Source of the DNA: Candidatus Multivorans sp.
GTDB lineage: Bacteria; Acidobacteriota; Thermoanaerobaculia; Multivoradales; Multivoraceae
Direction of reading: 5' to 3'
Assembly (NCBI GenBank): GCA_965247095.1
Contig: OZ251997.1
Span: 128,001 to 192,000, forward strand
DNA: 64,000 bases
Shown here piece by piece: positions 18,740-31,372 of the stretch. The stretch's first letter is position 1. Each line of letters opens with the position of its first letter. The notes beneath the pieces are model-generated. The model was not told where the DNA came from. It searched no databases and was given only the letters and a program-made list of their open reading frames with translations. The translations under genes were made by a program, and so were the position numbers.

Positions 18740-20224
18740 TCAGTCCGCCGCTGCCGCCGCAGGCGGGAACGCCTTCAGCACCTCCCGGGTCATGTCCCAG
18801 CGGTCGAAGCCCTGGCGGCCGTAGTCGAGGCCGCGGCGGACAATGACGAGGTGGTGGGAGGGGACGATGACGACGAACTGGCCGCGGTTGCCGGCGGTGG
18901 AGTAGGCGTCGTGGGGGACGTCGGTGCGTTCGTCGGGTACGAGCCAGAACTGGCCGCCGTAGAAGTTGCCGCGGTTGTGGGTGGCGGGGGCTGGGGTGCG
19001 GACGAAGTCGATCCACTCTTCGGAGATGAGGCGTTCGCCGTTCCAGAGGCCGTTCTGAAGGTAGAGGAGGCCGAATCGGGCGAGGTCGCGGGCGTTGGTG
19101 TAGACCTGACTGCTGAGGATGAAGTCGCCGAAGCGGTCGGTGCTGAGGAGGGTGTTCCTCATGCCGATGGGGTCGAGCAAGCGTCGGCGCGGGAACTCGT
19201 GGTACTTCTTCTCGCTGCCCAGGGCGCGCTTCATCGCGTAGACGGCGAGCAGGGTGTCGTAGTTCTCGTAGTCCCAGTTCGTGCCGGGCGCGCGGATGAG
19301 GGCGCGCTGGCGGGCGCCGTCGACGGAGCTGGCGCCGGCCCAGTAGGACATGCCGGAGCCGACGGCGTATTCGAGGCCGCCGTTGTCGACGGTTTGGAGG
19401 CCGCTCGACATGTTCAGGACGTGCCGGAGGGTGATCGCGGATCGCGGGTCGGCTGCGGGCGCGGCGGCTTCTGCCGGGAAATCTGGCAGGAAGTCGAAGC
19501 CGAGGGGAGCGTCCAGGGACAGTTTGCCGTCGTCGACGAGCATGCCGATGAGTGTTACGGCGATGCTCTTCGCCGTGGACCAGGTCCGCGTGCGGGTCGT
19601 CTTGTCGACGCCGTCCGCGTAGCGTTCGTGGACGATCCTGCCGCGATGGACGACGAGCAGGCTCAGGGTGACCTGTTCGGCGGATTCGCGGGCGAAGCTC
19701 CAGTCGGAGGCGGCTTGAAGTGCGGTTGCGTCGACGTCAGCAGGCAGCTTGGTCGGGCCGGTCAAATCGCCGTCGGGCCACGGGATCTCGGCCGCTACGC
19801 CGGGCGGCGGCGGCAGCTCGATGGCCGGCAGGTCGTCGATGTCGTCCAGGGTCTGATCCGGCGCGAGGACGACGCAGCCGATCCCCTCGCGGAAGGCGGC
19901 CCGCATCTTCGGCGCACCGTGGCCGGCGCCGATCGTCACCGCCTTGCGATCCCAGTCGACCTCGTAGTCGCCGCCAGCCGGGGTTCCGACCGGCTCCGGC
20001 AGGAACGCGAGCTCCTGTTCGAAGACCTGCGCGATCGACCGGTTCGAGGTGAACAGGCCGTTGCACATGAAGATCGCCTGCTGGCCCAGCCGGACCATCC
20101 GCCGCTGCGGTTGCCAGTAGTCGTACGTCTCCTCCCGCTGTGCATCGGCGGGGAGGGCGGTCAGCAGCGCGGACGCGACAAGTGCGAGGGACGAGGGCTT
20201 CATCGGTGGCGATCCTCCTTCCAT
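18740..20224 (-). CDS. Serine hydrolase, beta-lactamase class C-like family
   Basis: WSTAKS (SxxK), WDYENYDT (YxN), AGNRGQ; signal peptide. Confidence 0.9.
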   Translation of the reverse strand: MEGGSPPMKPSSLALVASALLTALPADAQREETYDYWQPQRRMVRLGQQAIFMCNGLFTSNRSIAQVFEQELAFLPEPVGTPAGGDYEVDWDRKAVTIGAGHGAPKMRAAFREGIGCVVLAPDQTLDDIDDLPAIELPPPPGVAAEIPWPDGDLTGPTKLPADVDATALQAASDWSFARESAEQVTLSLLVVHRGRIVHERYADGVDKTTRTRTWSTAKSIAVTLIGMLVDDGKLSLDAPLGFDFLPDFPAEAAAPAADPRSAITLRHVLNMSSGLQTVDNGGLEYAVGSGMSYWAGASSVDGARQRALIRAPGTNWDYENYDTLLAVYAMKRALGSEKKYHEFPRRRLLDPIGMRNTLLSTDRFGDFILSSQVYTNARDLARFGLLYLQNGLWNGERLISEEWIDFVRTPAPATHNRGNFYGGQFWLVPDERTDVPHDAYSTAGNRGQFVVIVPSHHLVIVRRGLDYGRQGFDRWDMTREVLKAFPPAAAAAD

Positions 20225-20284
20225 CGCAAACTACCAGCCGCTCCGCTGCCCCGCTCGTTGTCTGTGGGGTCTAGAATCGACCGC

Positions 20285-21271
20285 ATGGCTGAACCGATCG
20301 CCAGACGAGCCGACCAGCTTCCCGACGACGGTGCGCCGCCGCAGGGCCACGAGTTCCCGGGTTGCCGCGCGGTGCCGATTCCGGACGAGGAACTCGACGA
20401 CTACGACGGCCGCATCGAGTACTGGGACGCGCGCAACCAGATTGCGATCGTGGCGGAGCCGGCCACCAGCTATCACGAGTACGGGGCGCAGCGCTTCGCC
20501 GCCTGCATGAAGATGATCGCCATGCGGCGCGGCTCGCCGATCGACGTGATCGGCGGTACGTGGCTCGTTGTGCGCGGAGAGAGCGGCGAACGGCTGAGAC
20601 TCCTGGCCGCGGACCAGGTCGCCTATCTGCATCCGGCTGAGACGCGGCCCAGCGGCCCGGAGATCGAACGCGGCGTGAATGCGCTGCCGGACGTGCTCCT
20701 GGAGGTCGACTACAGCACCGACGTGCGGCGCCGCAAGCTCGGCATCTATGAATCGTGGGGCTTCCCGGAGGTGTGGGTGGAAGTCCCGAACGCGAGCTGG
20801 CACTACCGGCCGAAGTCTCGCCGGTCCGCCCTCACGATCTACGTTCTGGAGGGGGAGCGCTACATCGAAACGCTGTCGAGCAGGGCTTTCCCGGGCTGGA
20901 CCGCGGAGGCGATTCACGCGGCCCTGAACGAGCACGAGGCTTCGCTTGAAACGGTGGACACGCTTCGCCGCGTGGCCGACACACTTGCCGCCGCGGAAGG
21001 CACCGGCCCCGACGACGATCCTCTTCTGCGCCGGGAGCGAGCGGAGGGCCGAGCGGAGGGCCGTGTCGAGGGCCGCGCAGAGGAGCGTCTGGAGATCGTT
21101 CGCGTCGCCGTGCCGGAGGCGCTCGCGGCTCGCGGTCTGGCGACGACGCCGGCCTTGCGCTCGTGGTTTGAGCAACTCGACCACGTCGCGGACCCCGCGC
21201 CGCTCATCCGGTTGGCGTGGGAGTGCCGGGACGCGGACGACTTCCTCAGCCGTGTCCGCGGTCCGGTCTGA
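20285..21271 (+). CDS. Uma2 family endonuclease
   Basis: IEYWD..YHE..ADQ..LPDVLLEVDYSTDVRRRKLGIYESWGFPEVWVE; C-terminal AEGR repeats. Confidence 0.85.
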   Translation: MAEPIARRADQLPDDGAPPQGHEFPGCRAVPIPDEELDDYDGRIEYWDARNQIAIVAEPATSYHEYGAQRFAACMKMIAMRRGSPIDVIGGTWLVVRGESGERLRLLAADQVAYLHPAETRPSGPEIERGVNALPDVLLEVDYSTDVRRRKLGIYESWGFPEVWVEVPNASWHYRPKSRRSALTIYVLEGERYIETLSSRAFPGWTAEAIHAALNEHEASLETVDTLRRVADTLAAAEGTGPDDDPLLRRERAEGRAEGRVEGRAEERLEIVRVAVPEALAARGLATTPALRSWFEQLDHVADPAPLIRLAWECRDADDFLSRVRGPV

Positions 21272-22016
21272 GCCCCCGAGCACCCAGCCAGTACAGATTC
21301 TGCCGGTCGCCGGGTCCGTCGGCGCGGTAGCGGGCGTGTTCGGCGAGCGGCAGGCCCTCGACGAGATGGTCGAGCTCCCGCTCGTCGGTGTGGTGGCAGA
21401 AGCGGCGGGCGCCTGAGTCGCCCGGTCCCCAGCGCAGCAGGTGATCTCCGGGTTCGAGTTCAGCCGGGTCGACGCCTGCGTCCGGGCCCCAGTCGAGGCG
21501 GCGGCTTTCGAACCGGGCGTCGTCAGCGAACTGCCAGCAGGTGACGGCGAGCAGGCCACCGGGCGCCAGGGCCGCGGCGGCTCGTTCGAGGGCGCGGCGC
21601 CGGTTGTCGAAGCCAGGCAGGTGGTGGACGACGCCGAAGAGCGCCACGAGGTCGTAGCTCGCCTCGTCGAGCGGGCACGCCTCGATGTCGTCGACCTCAA
21701 AGCGGATGTGGTCGCAGCCGCCGGCCTCGGCTCGCGCGCGTTCGATCAGTTCAGGGCTGGAGTCGATACCGAAGTAGTCGAATGGCCGTTCGGAGCGGAG
21801 GTCGGGGTTGCGGTCGAGGAAGAGGGCGAAGCGGCCGTTGCCGCAGCCGAGGTCGAGGACGCGGAGGGGACGGCCCGTGGGCCGTGGCGCGGCCTCGACG
21901 ACGCGCTTCCACCCCGGCCAGCCGCCGGGGTGGCGGGTGCGGTCGAAGTCGGCGGCGTAGCGGCTGTAGAAGTCGCGGTTGATCTGCCGGAGGGCGGCTT
22001 GGGTTGAAGGGTCCAT
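21246..22016 (-). CDS. Class I SAM-dependent methyltransferase
   Basis: VLDLGCGNGRF, GIDSSPEL, LAPGGLLAV. Confidence 0.9.
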   Translation of the reverse strand: MDPSTQAALRQINRDFYSRYAADFDRTRHPGGWPGWKRVVEAAPRPTGRPLRVLDLGCGNGRFALFLDRNPDLRSERPFDYFGIDSSPELIERARAEAGGCDHIRFEVDDIEACPLDEASYDLVALFGVVHHLPGFDNRRRALERAAAALAPGGLLAVTCWQFADDARFESRRLDWGPDAGVDPAELEPGDHLLRWGPGDSGARRFCHHTDERELDHLVEGLPLAEHARYRADGPGDRQNLYWLGARGLRPDRGHG

Positions 22017-22046
22017 GGTGCAGGCGAGTATGGCCGGTGCTTTGCA

Positions 22047-22146
22047 CCGGAGGCGGGCGAGACGCCCGCGTGCCATCCGTGCGCCCGCTGACGCGCGCAC
22101 GGAGTGGTTCGCGTGTGGCGCGGGTCGCGCCACACGGGTTCCCAGG
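22047..22146 (-). repeat. Long (100-bp) three-hairpin dispersed repeat, copy 1
   Basis: Reverse complement aligns without gaps to 61689-61788 with 10 mismatches by manual alignment. Confidence 0.9.
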
Positions 22147-22151
22147 TCTGG

Positions 22152-22991
22152 CTACACAGTGCCCAGGCTGAGACCGCCGTCGACGGCGAGCAGCGCGCCG
22201 GTGATCCAGTCGTTTGCCGGATCGCACAGGAACACGACCGCGCGCGCGACATCGTCGGGTTCGCCGACCCGGCCGAGCGGCACCTGGTCGCCGAAGCTGT
22301 CGAGGAAACCAGCGGCTTCCGCGGGTTGCATGACCGTCTCGAAGATCGGTGTGCGGACGACGCCGGGCAGCACGGCGTTGACGCGAATCCGGTCGCCGGC
22401 GAGTTCCGCCGCGAGGCTGCGGGTCAACGCGTCGACGCCGGCCTTGGCGGCGGAGTAGACGGAGCAGTTGGCGAGTGGCGACTGGGTGACGGAGGACGAG
22501 ATGTTGACGATCGACGCTCCGCCCGTGCCTGCCTTGGCCCGGAGGTGCGGAATGGCGGCGCGGATAGCGAACAGCACGCCCTTCAGATCGATGTCGATCA
22601 CCAGGTCGACCGGGTCTGGCTCGCCGGCCGCTCCGGGCTCGGCCGCGCCGGCGCTGTCCGCCGCCAGCGGCCCGGTGCGATAGACGCCGGCGCAGTTGAC
22701 CAGGATGTCGAGCCTACCGAGTTCTCGAACCGCTTCGTCCACCATCTCCCGCGCGCTGGCCGCACCGGCGACGTCGCCGGCGACGGCCACACAGGCCAGC
22801 CCCTGTTCCCTCAACTCCCCGGCAGCCCCTTCGACCGCTTCTCGTCGCCGGCCGCTGAGCGCAACCCGGCAACCGCCCGAAGCGAGCGTGCGGGCCACGG
22901 CCAGTCCGATGCCGCTGCCGCCGCCGGTGACCAGGGCCGAGCGGCCCTCAAAGCGCCCCGCCGGCGCCGCTTCCGCCACCATCGTCGTCAC
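22152..22991 (-). CDS. Short-chain dehydrogenase/reductase
   Basis: TGGGSGIG, LVNCAG, YSAAK, IRVNAVLPG. Confidence 0.93.
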   Translation of the reverse strand: MTTMVAEAAPAGRFEGRSALVTGGGSGIGLAVARTLASGGCRVALSGRRREAVEGAAGELREQGLACVAVAGDVAGAASAREMVDEAVRELGRLDILVNCAGVYRTGPLAADSAGAAEPGAAGEPDPVDLVIDIDLKGVLFAIRAAIPHLRAKAGTGGASIVNISSSVTQSPLANCSVYSAAKAGVDALTRSLAAELAGDRIRVNAVLPGVVRTPIFETVMQPAEAAGFLDSFGDQVPLGRVGEPDDVARAVVFLCDPANDWITGALLAVDGGLSLGTV

Positions 22992-23135
22992 CCGACCTCA
23001 GGCGTGCGAGCGCTTCGCGCGGCCGTAGTAGGTTCCCGCCATGGTGGCGACAATAGCTCCGAAACGCTTCAGGCGCGTCCTGGCTCAGCGTGGATCGCAG
23101 GTTCGCATGGCTGCCGGCCGCGGAGAACGCCGGCG

Positions 23136-24982
23136 ATGAGCAACGGTGGCAGCGGCTATCCGTTCGACCCCGCGGAGCATGCCGCCGAACTCGAGGCGAT
23201 CTTCGGCGCCATCGAGCGGGCCTCGAGCTTCGAGAAGGAGGACCTGGAGCACCTGCTGCGGCGCTATCCGAAGGATGGCAAGGGCTTCTTCTCGAAGGCC
23301 GAGCTGATTCGCGGTTACCGGGCGCTTCGTTCCGGCTCGGTCCGGGAGCAGACGTTCGTCGAGCGGGTGCGGATGAAGCCTGTGCGCACGAGGAGCGGCG
23401 TGGCGCCGGTCACGGTGCTGACGAAGCCGTTCGCCTGTCCCGGGCGCTGCATCTTCTGCCCCAGCGACGTGCGGATGCCGAAGAGCTACATCTCTTCGGA
23501 ACCGGGAGCGCAGCGGGCCGCGGAGCATCAGTTCGACCCCTACCGGCAGACCCTGTCCCGGCTGCGTTCCTTCGACCATACGGGCCACCCGGTCGACAAG
23601 GTCGAGCTGATCGTGCTCGGCGGCACCTGGTCGAGCTATCCGGAGAGCTACCAGATCTGGTTCGTTCTGCGCTGCTTCGAGGCAATGAACCGGTTCTCGG
23701 AGATCGCCAGGCGTACAGGCGGGGATCCGCTCGTCGGATTCGAACCGGAGGTCGACTTCCGCGACCTCGAGGAGACGGTCGACGGCGAGACGCTCGACAC
23801 CCGTGGCGAGGGCGCGGGCCCAAACGCGAGCCGGAGTCGTAGCTACAACCAGGTCGTGAGCGACTGGACTTCGACGCACCCCCGGGCGGCCGCCCAGGCG
23901 CGGCGGCAGACCGCGAGCTGGGCTGAACTCGAGGCGGCGCAGTGCGAGAACGAGACGGCCGCCGTCCGCTGCGTCGGCCTGTCGCTCGAGACACGTCCCG
24001 ATCGGCTGGATCGGGGTGAAGCCCTCCGCATGCGTCGCCTGGGAGCGACGAAGGTGCAGATCGGCATCCAGACCATGAACGACGAGGTGCTCGCGAAGAA
24101 CCGGCGCGGCCATGACGCGGCGATGACCAAGCGTGCCATCCGGTTGCTGCGCGGCGCGGGGTTCAAGATCCAGGCGCACTGGATGCCGAACCTCTACGGC
24201 TCGACGGCGGCGGCCGACTGCGAGGACTTCGACCGCCTGTTCGAGGACCCGGACGTACGCCCGGACGAGCTGAAGGTCTACCCGTGTTCCCTGATCGAAA
24301 GCGCGGAGCTGATGTCCTACTACCTTTGTGGCGCATGGCGCCCGTACACCCGAAGTGAGCTGCTCGACGTGCTCGTACACAGCCTGGGCGCCACGCCTCG
24401 GTACTGCCGGTTGACGCGGGTGATTCGCGACATTCCCGGCACGGAGATCGTGACCGGCAACCGGACGACGAACCTGCGTCAGTTCGCGGAACAGGAGGCC
24501 GAACGCCGCGGCGTCGTCTGCCGAGACATCCGCGCCCGGGAGATCGGGGGCCGGCGGGTCGATCCGGGCCGCCTCCGCATGCGGCGCACGGACTACGAAG
24601 CGGCTTCGGGCCGGGAGACGTTCATCGAGGTCGTGGACGCGGAGGACCGGATCGCCGGGTTTCTCAGGCTGCGCGTACCGGCGGCGTCCGGGTCGGCTGA
24701 GGGGCCGGTCGCGGAGATGACAGGCAAGGCGATCATTCGTGAAGTCCACGTCTACGGCGCGGTGGTCGGTCTCGGCGAGCGCGGCAAGGGCCGGTCGCAG
24801 CACATCGGACTTGGCCGCCGCCTGATCGCCGAGGCGCTCGAGGTCGCGGCCGAAGCCGGGTTCGAGCACGTCGCGGTCATCTCTTCGGTCGGTACCCGCG
24901 AGTACTACCGGCGGCTCGGTTTCGTGGACGGCGAGTTGTACCAGCACCGGCCGACGGCGCCGCCGCTCGTGGAGGCCTCGCC

Positions 24983-24986
<4 letters not shown>
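23136..24986 (+). CDS. elp3: Elp3-type tRNA U34 radical SAM/GNAT enzyme
   Basis: PVRTRSGVAPVTV, CPGRCIFCP, PKSY, ETRPD, RVIRDIP, REVHVYG..QHIGLG..VISSVGTREYYRRLGF. Confidence 0.93.
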
Positions 24987-26401
<1,415 letters not shown>

Positions 26402-26428
26402 ATCGCCGTTTCTCGTTCATAATCCGGC

Positions 26429-28522
26429 ATGGCCGCTTCGGGCGCTGGAGGCGTTGTGCGTCACTTCGACGACCTGTACGAACACGGGTTCGCGCGCGTC
26501 GCCGTGTGCCTGCCGCGGGTCGAGATCGCCGATCCGGCGGTGAATCTGGAACGCACGCTCGAGCTGGCGCGGCGCGCCGACGAGGCCGGAGCGGCGGCGG
26601 CCGTCTTCCCCGAACTCAACCTGAGCGGCTACTCGCTGGACGACCTGTTCCACCAGTCGGCGGTGCTCGAGGGTTCGCGAGACGCCTTGGTCGAACTGGC
26701 TGCTGCCACGAGCAAGATGCGGACGGTGCTGATCGTCGGCCTGCCGCTGGTGGCCGACGGCGCGGTGTTCAACGTGGCGGCGATCGTCCATGGCGGCCGG
26801 GTTGCCGGCATCGTGCCGAAGACCTATCTGCCGAACTACCGCGAGTACTACGAGAAGCGTTACTTCGCCGCCGCCGAGTCGCGGCGGTCAGAGTTCGTGT
26901 CCCTGGGCGGCGCGGCGGTTCCCTTTGGCGAGGACCTGCTGTTCGACCTGGGGCCCGATCCGGCGTTTCGATTCCACGTCGAGATCTGCGAGGACCTGTG
27001 GTCGCCGCTGCCGCCGAGTACGCACGGCGCGCTGGCCGGCGCCTCGGTGCTGTTCAACCTGTCGGCGAGCAACGTGACGATCGGCAAGGCCGATTACCGT
27101 CGCTTGCTGTGCGCGTCGCAGTCGGGACGGTCGGTGGCGGCTTACGTCTACGCCGGGGCCGGCGCGGGCGAATCGACCACCGACCTGGCCTGGGACAGCC
27201 ACGGTCTGATCTACGAGAACGGCGAAAGGCTGGCGGAGTCCGTGCGCTTCAGCCAGGAGGCCCAGATCGTCACCGCCGACCTCGACCTGGAGCGGCTGGC
27301 GCAGGAGCGACTCCGTATGTCGACGTTCCGGGACGCAGCGCGCCGGGAGTCGGCCGCCGGCCGGTTCCGGCGGGTCGCCGTCGCGGTCGAGCGTCCGGTG
27401 GCCGCGGTCGCGCTCGAGCGGGAGGTCCCCCGCTTTCCGTACGTGCCCGCGGACAGCGGCGAGCGGGACGAGCGCTGCGCCGAGGCGTTCGACATCCAGG
27501 TCGCGGGCCTGGTTCAAAGACTAGGCGCCACCGGCATCGAGAAGGTCGTGATCGGCGTCTCGGGTGGGCTCGATTCGAGCCACGCGCTGATCGTCTGCGT
27601 GCGGGCCTTTTCGCGCCTCGGCCTGCCGCCGTCGAACATCCTCGCCTACACGCTGCCCGGCTTCGGCACCTCAGCGCGCACGTACGAGAACGCGAGGCGG
27701 CTCATGGCGGCGCTGGGTGTGACCGCGTCGGAGATCGATATCCGGCCGGCCAGCGAACGGATGCTGCAGTCGATCGACCATCCTTACGGCCGCGGCGAGC
27801 GCGGCCCGGAGGTCTACGACGCGACGTTCGAGAACGTGCAGGCCGGCGAGCGCACGTCGCACCTGTTCCGGCTGGCGAACCACCACCGCGGCCTGGTCAT
27901 CGGCACCGGCGATCTCTCGGAGCTGGCGCTCGGCTGGTGCACGTACGGCGTCGGCGATCAGATGGCGCACTACAGCGTCAACTCGTCGGTGCCGAAGACG
28001 CTGATTCAGCACCTGATCCGCTGGGAAGTCGGGCGCGGCGAGTTCGGCGCCGAGGCCAGCGAGACGCTGCAGTCGATCGTCGATACCGAGATCTCTCCCG
28101 AACTCGTGCCGGCCGTGGAAGGGCAGGCGGCGGGCAACGGGGAGCCAGCGCAATCGACCGAGGCGGTGATCGGTCCGTTCGAGCTGCAGGACTTCCACCT
28201 CTACTACCTGAGCCGGTACGGCTACCTCCCGAGCCGCGTCGCCTACCTGGCGCACCAGGCCTGGGGTGACCGCGCCCGGGGCGCTTGGCTCGACACGATG
28301 CCCGAGTCCGACCGCCGGGAGTACTCCCTGGCCGAGATCAAGCACTGGCTGGAGGTGTTCCTGGTCCGCTTCTTCGGCACCAGCCAGTTCAAGCGCTCGG
28401 CGATGCCCAACGGGCCCAAGGTGGGGTCCGGCGGTTCGCTGTCGCCGCGAAGCGACTGGCGCGCGCCGTCGGACGGCGGCCCCGCGGTGTGGGTGGAGGA
28501 GCTGCGGCGCAACGTGCCTTGA
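26429..28522 (+). CDS. nadE: Glutamine-dependent NAD+ synthetase
   Basis: Nitrilase triad [20 protein letters not shown] plus [21 protein letters not shown]. Confidence 0.96.
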   Translation: MAASGAGGVVRHFDDLYEHGFARVAVCLPRVEIADPAVNLERTLELARRADEAGAAAAVFPELNLSGYSLDDLFHQSAVLEGSRDALVELAAATSKMRTVLIVGLPLVADGAVFNVAAIVHGGRVAGIVPKTYLPNYREYYEKRYFAAAESRRSEFVSLGGAAVPFGEDLLFDLGPDPAFRFHVEICEDLWSPLPPSTHGALAGASVLFNLSASNVTIGKADYRRLLCASQSGRSVAAYVYAGAGAGESTTDLAWDSHGLIYENGERLAESVRFSQEAQIVTADLDLERLAQERLRMSTFRDAARRESAAGRFRRVAVAVERPVAAVALEREVPRFPYVPADSGERDERCAEAFDIQVAGLVQRLGATGIEKVVIGVSGGLDSSHALIVCVRAFSRLGLPPSNILAYTLPGFGTSARTYENARRLMAALGVTASEIDIRPASERMLQSIDHPYGRGERGPEVYDATFENVQAGERTSHLFRLANHHRGLVIGTGDLSELALGWCTYGVGDQMAHYSVNSSVPKTLIQHLIRWEVGRGEFGAEASETLQSIVDTEISPELVPAVEGQAAGNGEPAQSTEAVIGPFELQDFHLYYLSRYGYLPSRVAYLAHQAWGDRARGAWLDTMPESDRREYSLAEIKHWLEVFLVRFFGTSQFKRSAMPNGPKVGSGGSLSPRSDWRAPSDGGPAVWVEELRRNVP

Positions 28523-28543
28523 GCGGTCGGTGCGCCGGGGCCC

Positions 28544-29596
28544 TCAGCCCCAGTCCGCGGCGTCGTCCTCGGAACTCGCAATGTGGACCCCGGCGGCCTG
28601 GTAGCGGCTGAGGGCTGCTTCGAACTCGTCGGTGAAGTCGGCGACGAACTCGCCCGGGTGGTCCGGGTCGGGCACCGCGACGGCGGACATGCAGTCGGCG
28701 AGCAGATGCAGCCGGCCGGCGGGGACGCCGTGAGAGTCCATCTCGGCCAGTAGCTCGTCGACGGTGCTGCGCACGCAATGGCTGCCGGCCTGGCCGGCGA
28801 GGATCACCGCGTCGGCGGCCAACAGGCGATCGAGCAGCGCCGTGTTGCACTTGCCGAGGGGCCGGCCGTCGTGGCCGGTGAGCACCTCGGGCGACAGCAC
28901 GGAGTAGTTCTCGGTCAACGAGTCGGATCCCTTGACCTCCATCGGCGCCTGCGCCCGTCGGGCGTAGGCGAAGAACAGGCGCGCTTCCTGGACTGTTCCG
29001 ACGACGGTCTGGCCCTGGCTGCCCAGCAGACAGTGCGGCGGCCACAGGTAGAGCCGGTAGCGCCCGGTCTCCTCCAGTCTCCGGCAGTAGTCCTCGGCTT
29101 GGCGGCGCAGCCATTCAGGGGTGCCGTCTCCGAACCAGCCGGCGAGGTCGGGGTTGGGAACCGCGCTGCCGGCGGCGACCTGTTCCGCAGTCACTTCGCG
29201 GTAGGGATCGAGTGGGCGGCCCGCGGCGTCAGTCCAGAACGATGAGAAGAAGATCTGGTGGGGCAGGTGCGCGTCGAGGCTGCTGACGATGTCGGTCAGG
29301 TTGCCGAGATTGCGGTAGATGAAGCGCACCAGCCGCTCCGTGTCCTCGAGCGCGCCGCGGCCGGAACGGCCACCGACGAAGAGCGTGCCCTCGGGGAGGC
29401 AGAAGTCGCGCTGCTCGTCGACCAGCAGCAGCAGACGGCGGGCCTCGTCCGAGGCTGCCGGAGGGAGGTCGTGACGCCGGCGCCAGTCCGCGGCGGCGGC
29501 GGCGACCCGGTTGGGATCGGGGTCGTGGAACCAGGCGCCGCTCCGCTCCCGGGCGGCGCTTTCGTGGAAGCTCCCCGGCAGCGGCAGGAGGGTCAT
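28544..29596 (-). CDS. Nicotinamidase-like cysteine hydrolase (long isochorismatase family)
   Basis: LLVDEQRDFC, SLDAH, WPPHC, KG, AGQAGSHCV catalytic D-K-C; adjacent to pncB/nadE. Confidence 0.82.
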   Translation of the reverse strand: MTLLPLPGSFHESAARERSGAWFHDPDPNRVAAAAADWRRRHDLPPAASDEARRLLLLVDEQRDFCLPEGTLFVGGRSGRGALEDTERLVRFIYRNLGNLTDIVSSLDAHLPHQIFFSSFWTDAAGRPLDPYREVTAEQVAAGSAVPNPDLAGWFGDGTPEWLRRQAEDYCRRLEETGRYRLYLWPPHCLLGSQGQTVVGTVQEARLFFAYARRAQAPMEVKGSDSLTENYSVLSPEVLTGHDGRPLGKCNTALLDRLLAADAVILAGQAGSHCVRSTVDELLAEMDSHGVPAGRLHLLADCMSAVAVPDPDHPGEFVADFTDEFEAALSRYQAAGVHIASSEDDAADWG

Positions 29597-29747
29597 CGTG
29601 GGTGGACGCTGCCAGCGCCCGCGAGCGCTGTCAAGAACCCCAGGCAAGCGATCTCAGGAGGGCTGGCGCGCCCCCGCCTGCTACTCTCGCCGCCTTCCAT
29701 GAAACGGCCGTGAAGCGGCCCGCAGGCAGACAAACAGGAGTAGGCAA

Positions 29748-30539
29748 GTGAGCTACGAGTTTCTCGAGGTTTCGAAGGACGGTCACGTCTGGACGGTGAC
29801 GATCAACCGTCCCGAGCGCATGAACGCGATCCACCCGCCGACGAGCCAGGAGCTCGACGCGGTGTTCAACGACTTCGCCGCCGATGACGACGCCTGGGTG
29901 GCGATCCTCACCGGCGCCGGCGACCGCGCGTTCTCCGCCGGCAACGACCTGAAGTACCAGGCCGAGCACGGCAGCAAGGTCGTGCGGGCCGGCATGAAGG
30001 GCGTGCGGGGCGGCTTCGGCGGCATCACGGCGCGCTTCGACCTGCACAAGCCGATGATCGCGGCGGTCAACGGCTTCGCCCTCGGCGGCGGCTTCGAGCT
30101 CGTGCTTGCGTGCGACATCATCATCGCCTCCGAGAAGGCGACCTTCGGGCTGCCCGAGCCCCGCGTCGGGCTGATGGCCGGCGCCCTGGGCGTTCACCGG
30201 TTGCCGCGGCAGATCCCGTACCACCAGGCGATGGGCATGCTCCTCACCGGGCGGCACATCACGCCGCAGGAGGCGAAGGAACTCGGGATCGTGAACGAGG
30301 TCTGTGCTCACGACGAGCTGCTCGACTGCGCCCGGGCGTGGGCGGCGCAGATCCTGGAGTGCGCGCCGCTGTCCGTGCGGGCGAGCAAGGAGGCGGCGAA
30401 CAAGGGGCTCGGCATGGCGCTGGAGCAGGCCGCCGGTTCAATTTTTCAGTGGACCGCCGCGATGAACACATCCGAGGACTTGGTCGAAGGTCCGAGGGCG
30501 TTCGCCGAGAAGCGGCCGCCGAACTGGAAGGGCCGGTAG
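29748..30539 (+). CDS. Enoyl-CoA hydratase/isomerase (crotonase)
   Basis: AFSAGNDLK, KPMIAAVNGFALGGGFE, FGLPE, AFAEKRPP. Confidence 0.94.
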   Translation: MSYEFLEVSKDGHVWTVTINRPERMNAIHPPTSQELDAVFNDFAADDDAWVAILTGAGDRAFSAGNDLKYQAEHGSKVVRAGMKGVRGGFGGITARFDLHKPMIAAVNGFALGGGFELVLACDIIIASEKATFGLPEPRVGLMAGALGVHRLPRQIPYHQAMGMLLTGRHITPQEAKELGIVNEVCAHDELLDCARAWAAQILECAPLSVRASKEAANKGLGMALEQAAGSIFQWTAAMNTSEDLVEGPRAFAEKRPPNWKGR

Positions 30540-30570
30540 GCGCTAGGGCCGAATCGCCAGGAGGCCGGGG

Positions 30571-31332
30571 ATGAATATCGAAGGGAAAGTGGCCGTCGTC
30601 ACCGGTTCGTCGTCGGGTGTCGGTCAGGCGACGGCGGAACTGCTGGCGAGCCTCGGAGCGGCGGTGGTCGTGAACTACCACAGCGGCGTCGAAGCCGCCG
30701 AGCGGATCGTCGGCGGCATCCGGGAGGCCGGCGGCGCCGCCGTTGCGGTGCAGGCAGATGTTCGCCGCGACGCCGACTGCCGTGGCCTGATCGAGTCCGC
30801 GGTGGACGCGTTCGGCGCCCTGCACATTCTGGTGAACAACGCGGGCATGACCCACTTCATCGCGCACGACGACCTGGAGGGCGTCACCGACGGCGTGTGG
30901 GACGACATCATCGGCGCCAATCTGCGCGGCGTCTTCAACTGCACGCGGGCCGCGGCGCCGCACATGAAGAAGGCGGGCGAAGGCGCTGTCGTCAACGTGG
31001 CCTCCGTGGCCGGCTTCGGCGGCGGCGGCAGCAGCATCCCCTATGCGGCGTCCAAGGCCGGCGTCATCGTGATGACCAAGTCCTTGGCGCGTGTCCTCGG
31101 CCCGGAGATCCGGGTCAACACGATCGCCCCGGGGTTCATCGAGGGGCGCTGGCTTCACGGCGGCCTCGGGGAGGAGGTCTACGAGACGGCCCGCCAGCGC
31201 TTGAGTGCCGCGGCGCCGCTCGGGGCCGTGGCGACCGCCGAGACCTGCGCCGACGCGATCGTCGCCCTGATCGAGCGCAACGTGTTCGTCACCGGCCACA
31301 CGGTGACGGTCGACGGCGGCCTGAGCCTGTAG
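30571..31332 (+). CDS. Short-chain dehydrogenase/reductase
   Basis: TGSSSGVG, NNAG, YAASK. Confidence 0.93.
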   Translation: MNIEGKVAVVTGSSSGVGQATAELLASLGAAVVVNYHSGVEAAERIVGGIREAGGAAVAVQADVRRDADCRGLIESAVDAFGALHILVNNAGMTHFIAHDDLEGVTDGVWDDIIGANLRGVFNCTRAAAPHMKKAGEGAVVNVASVAGFGGGGSSIPYAASKAGVIVMTKSLARVLGPEIRVNTIAPGFIEGRWLHGGLGEEVYETARQRLSAAAPLGAVATAETCADAIVALIERNVFVTGHTVTVDGGLSL

Positions 31333-31339
31333 TCGAAGC

Positions 31340-31371
31340 CCTGGGACGCGGGCGTCTCGCCCGCATCCGGC
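31340..31371 (+). repeat. Short copy of the dispersed hairpin repeat between the convergent SDR and menC genes
   Basis: CCTGGGACGCGGGCGTCTCGCCCGCATCCGGC. Confidence 0.88.
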
Positions 31372-31372
31372 G

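Noticed and set aside
18851-21271. 806-aa ORF as a single large protein
   Set aside because: The first ~480 aa are antisense to the serine hydrolase; the real Uma2 gene starts at 20285
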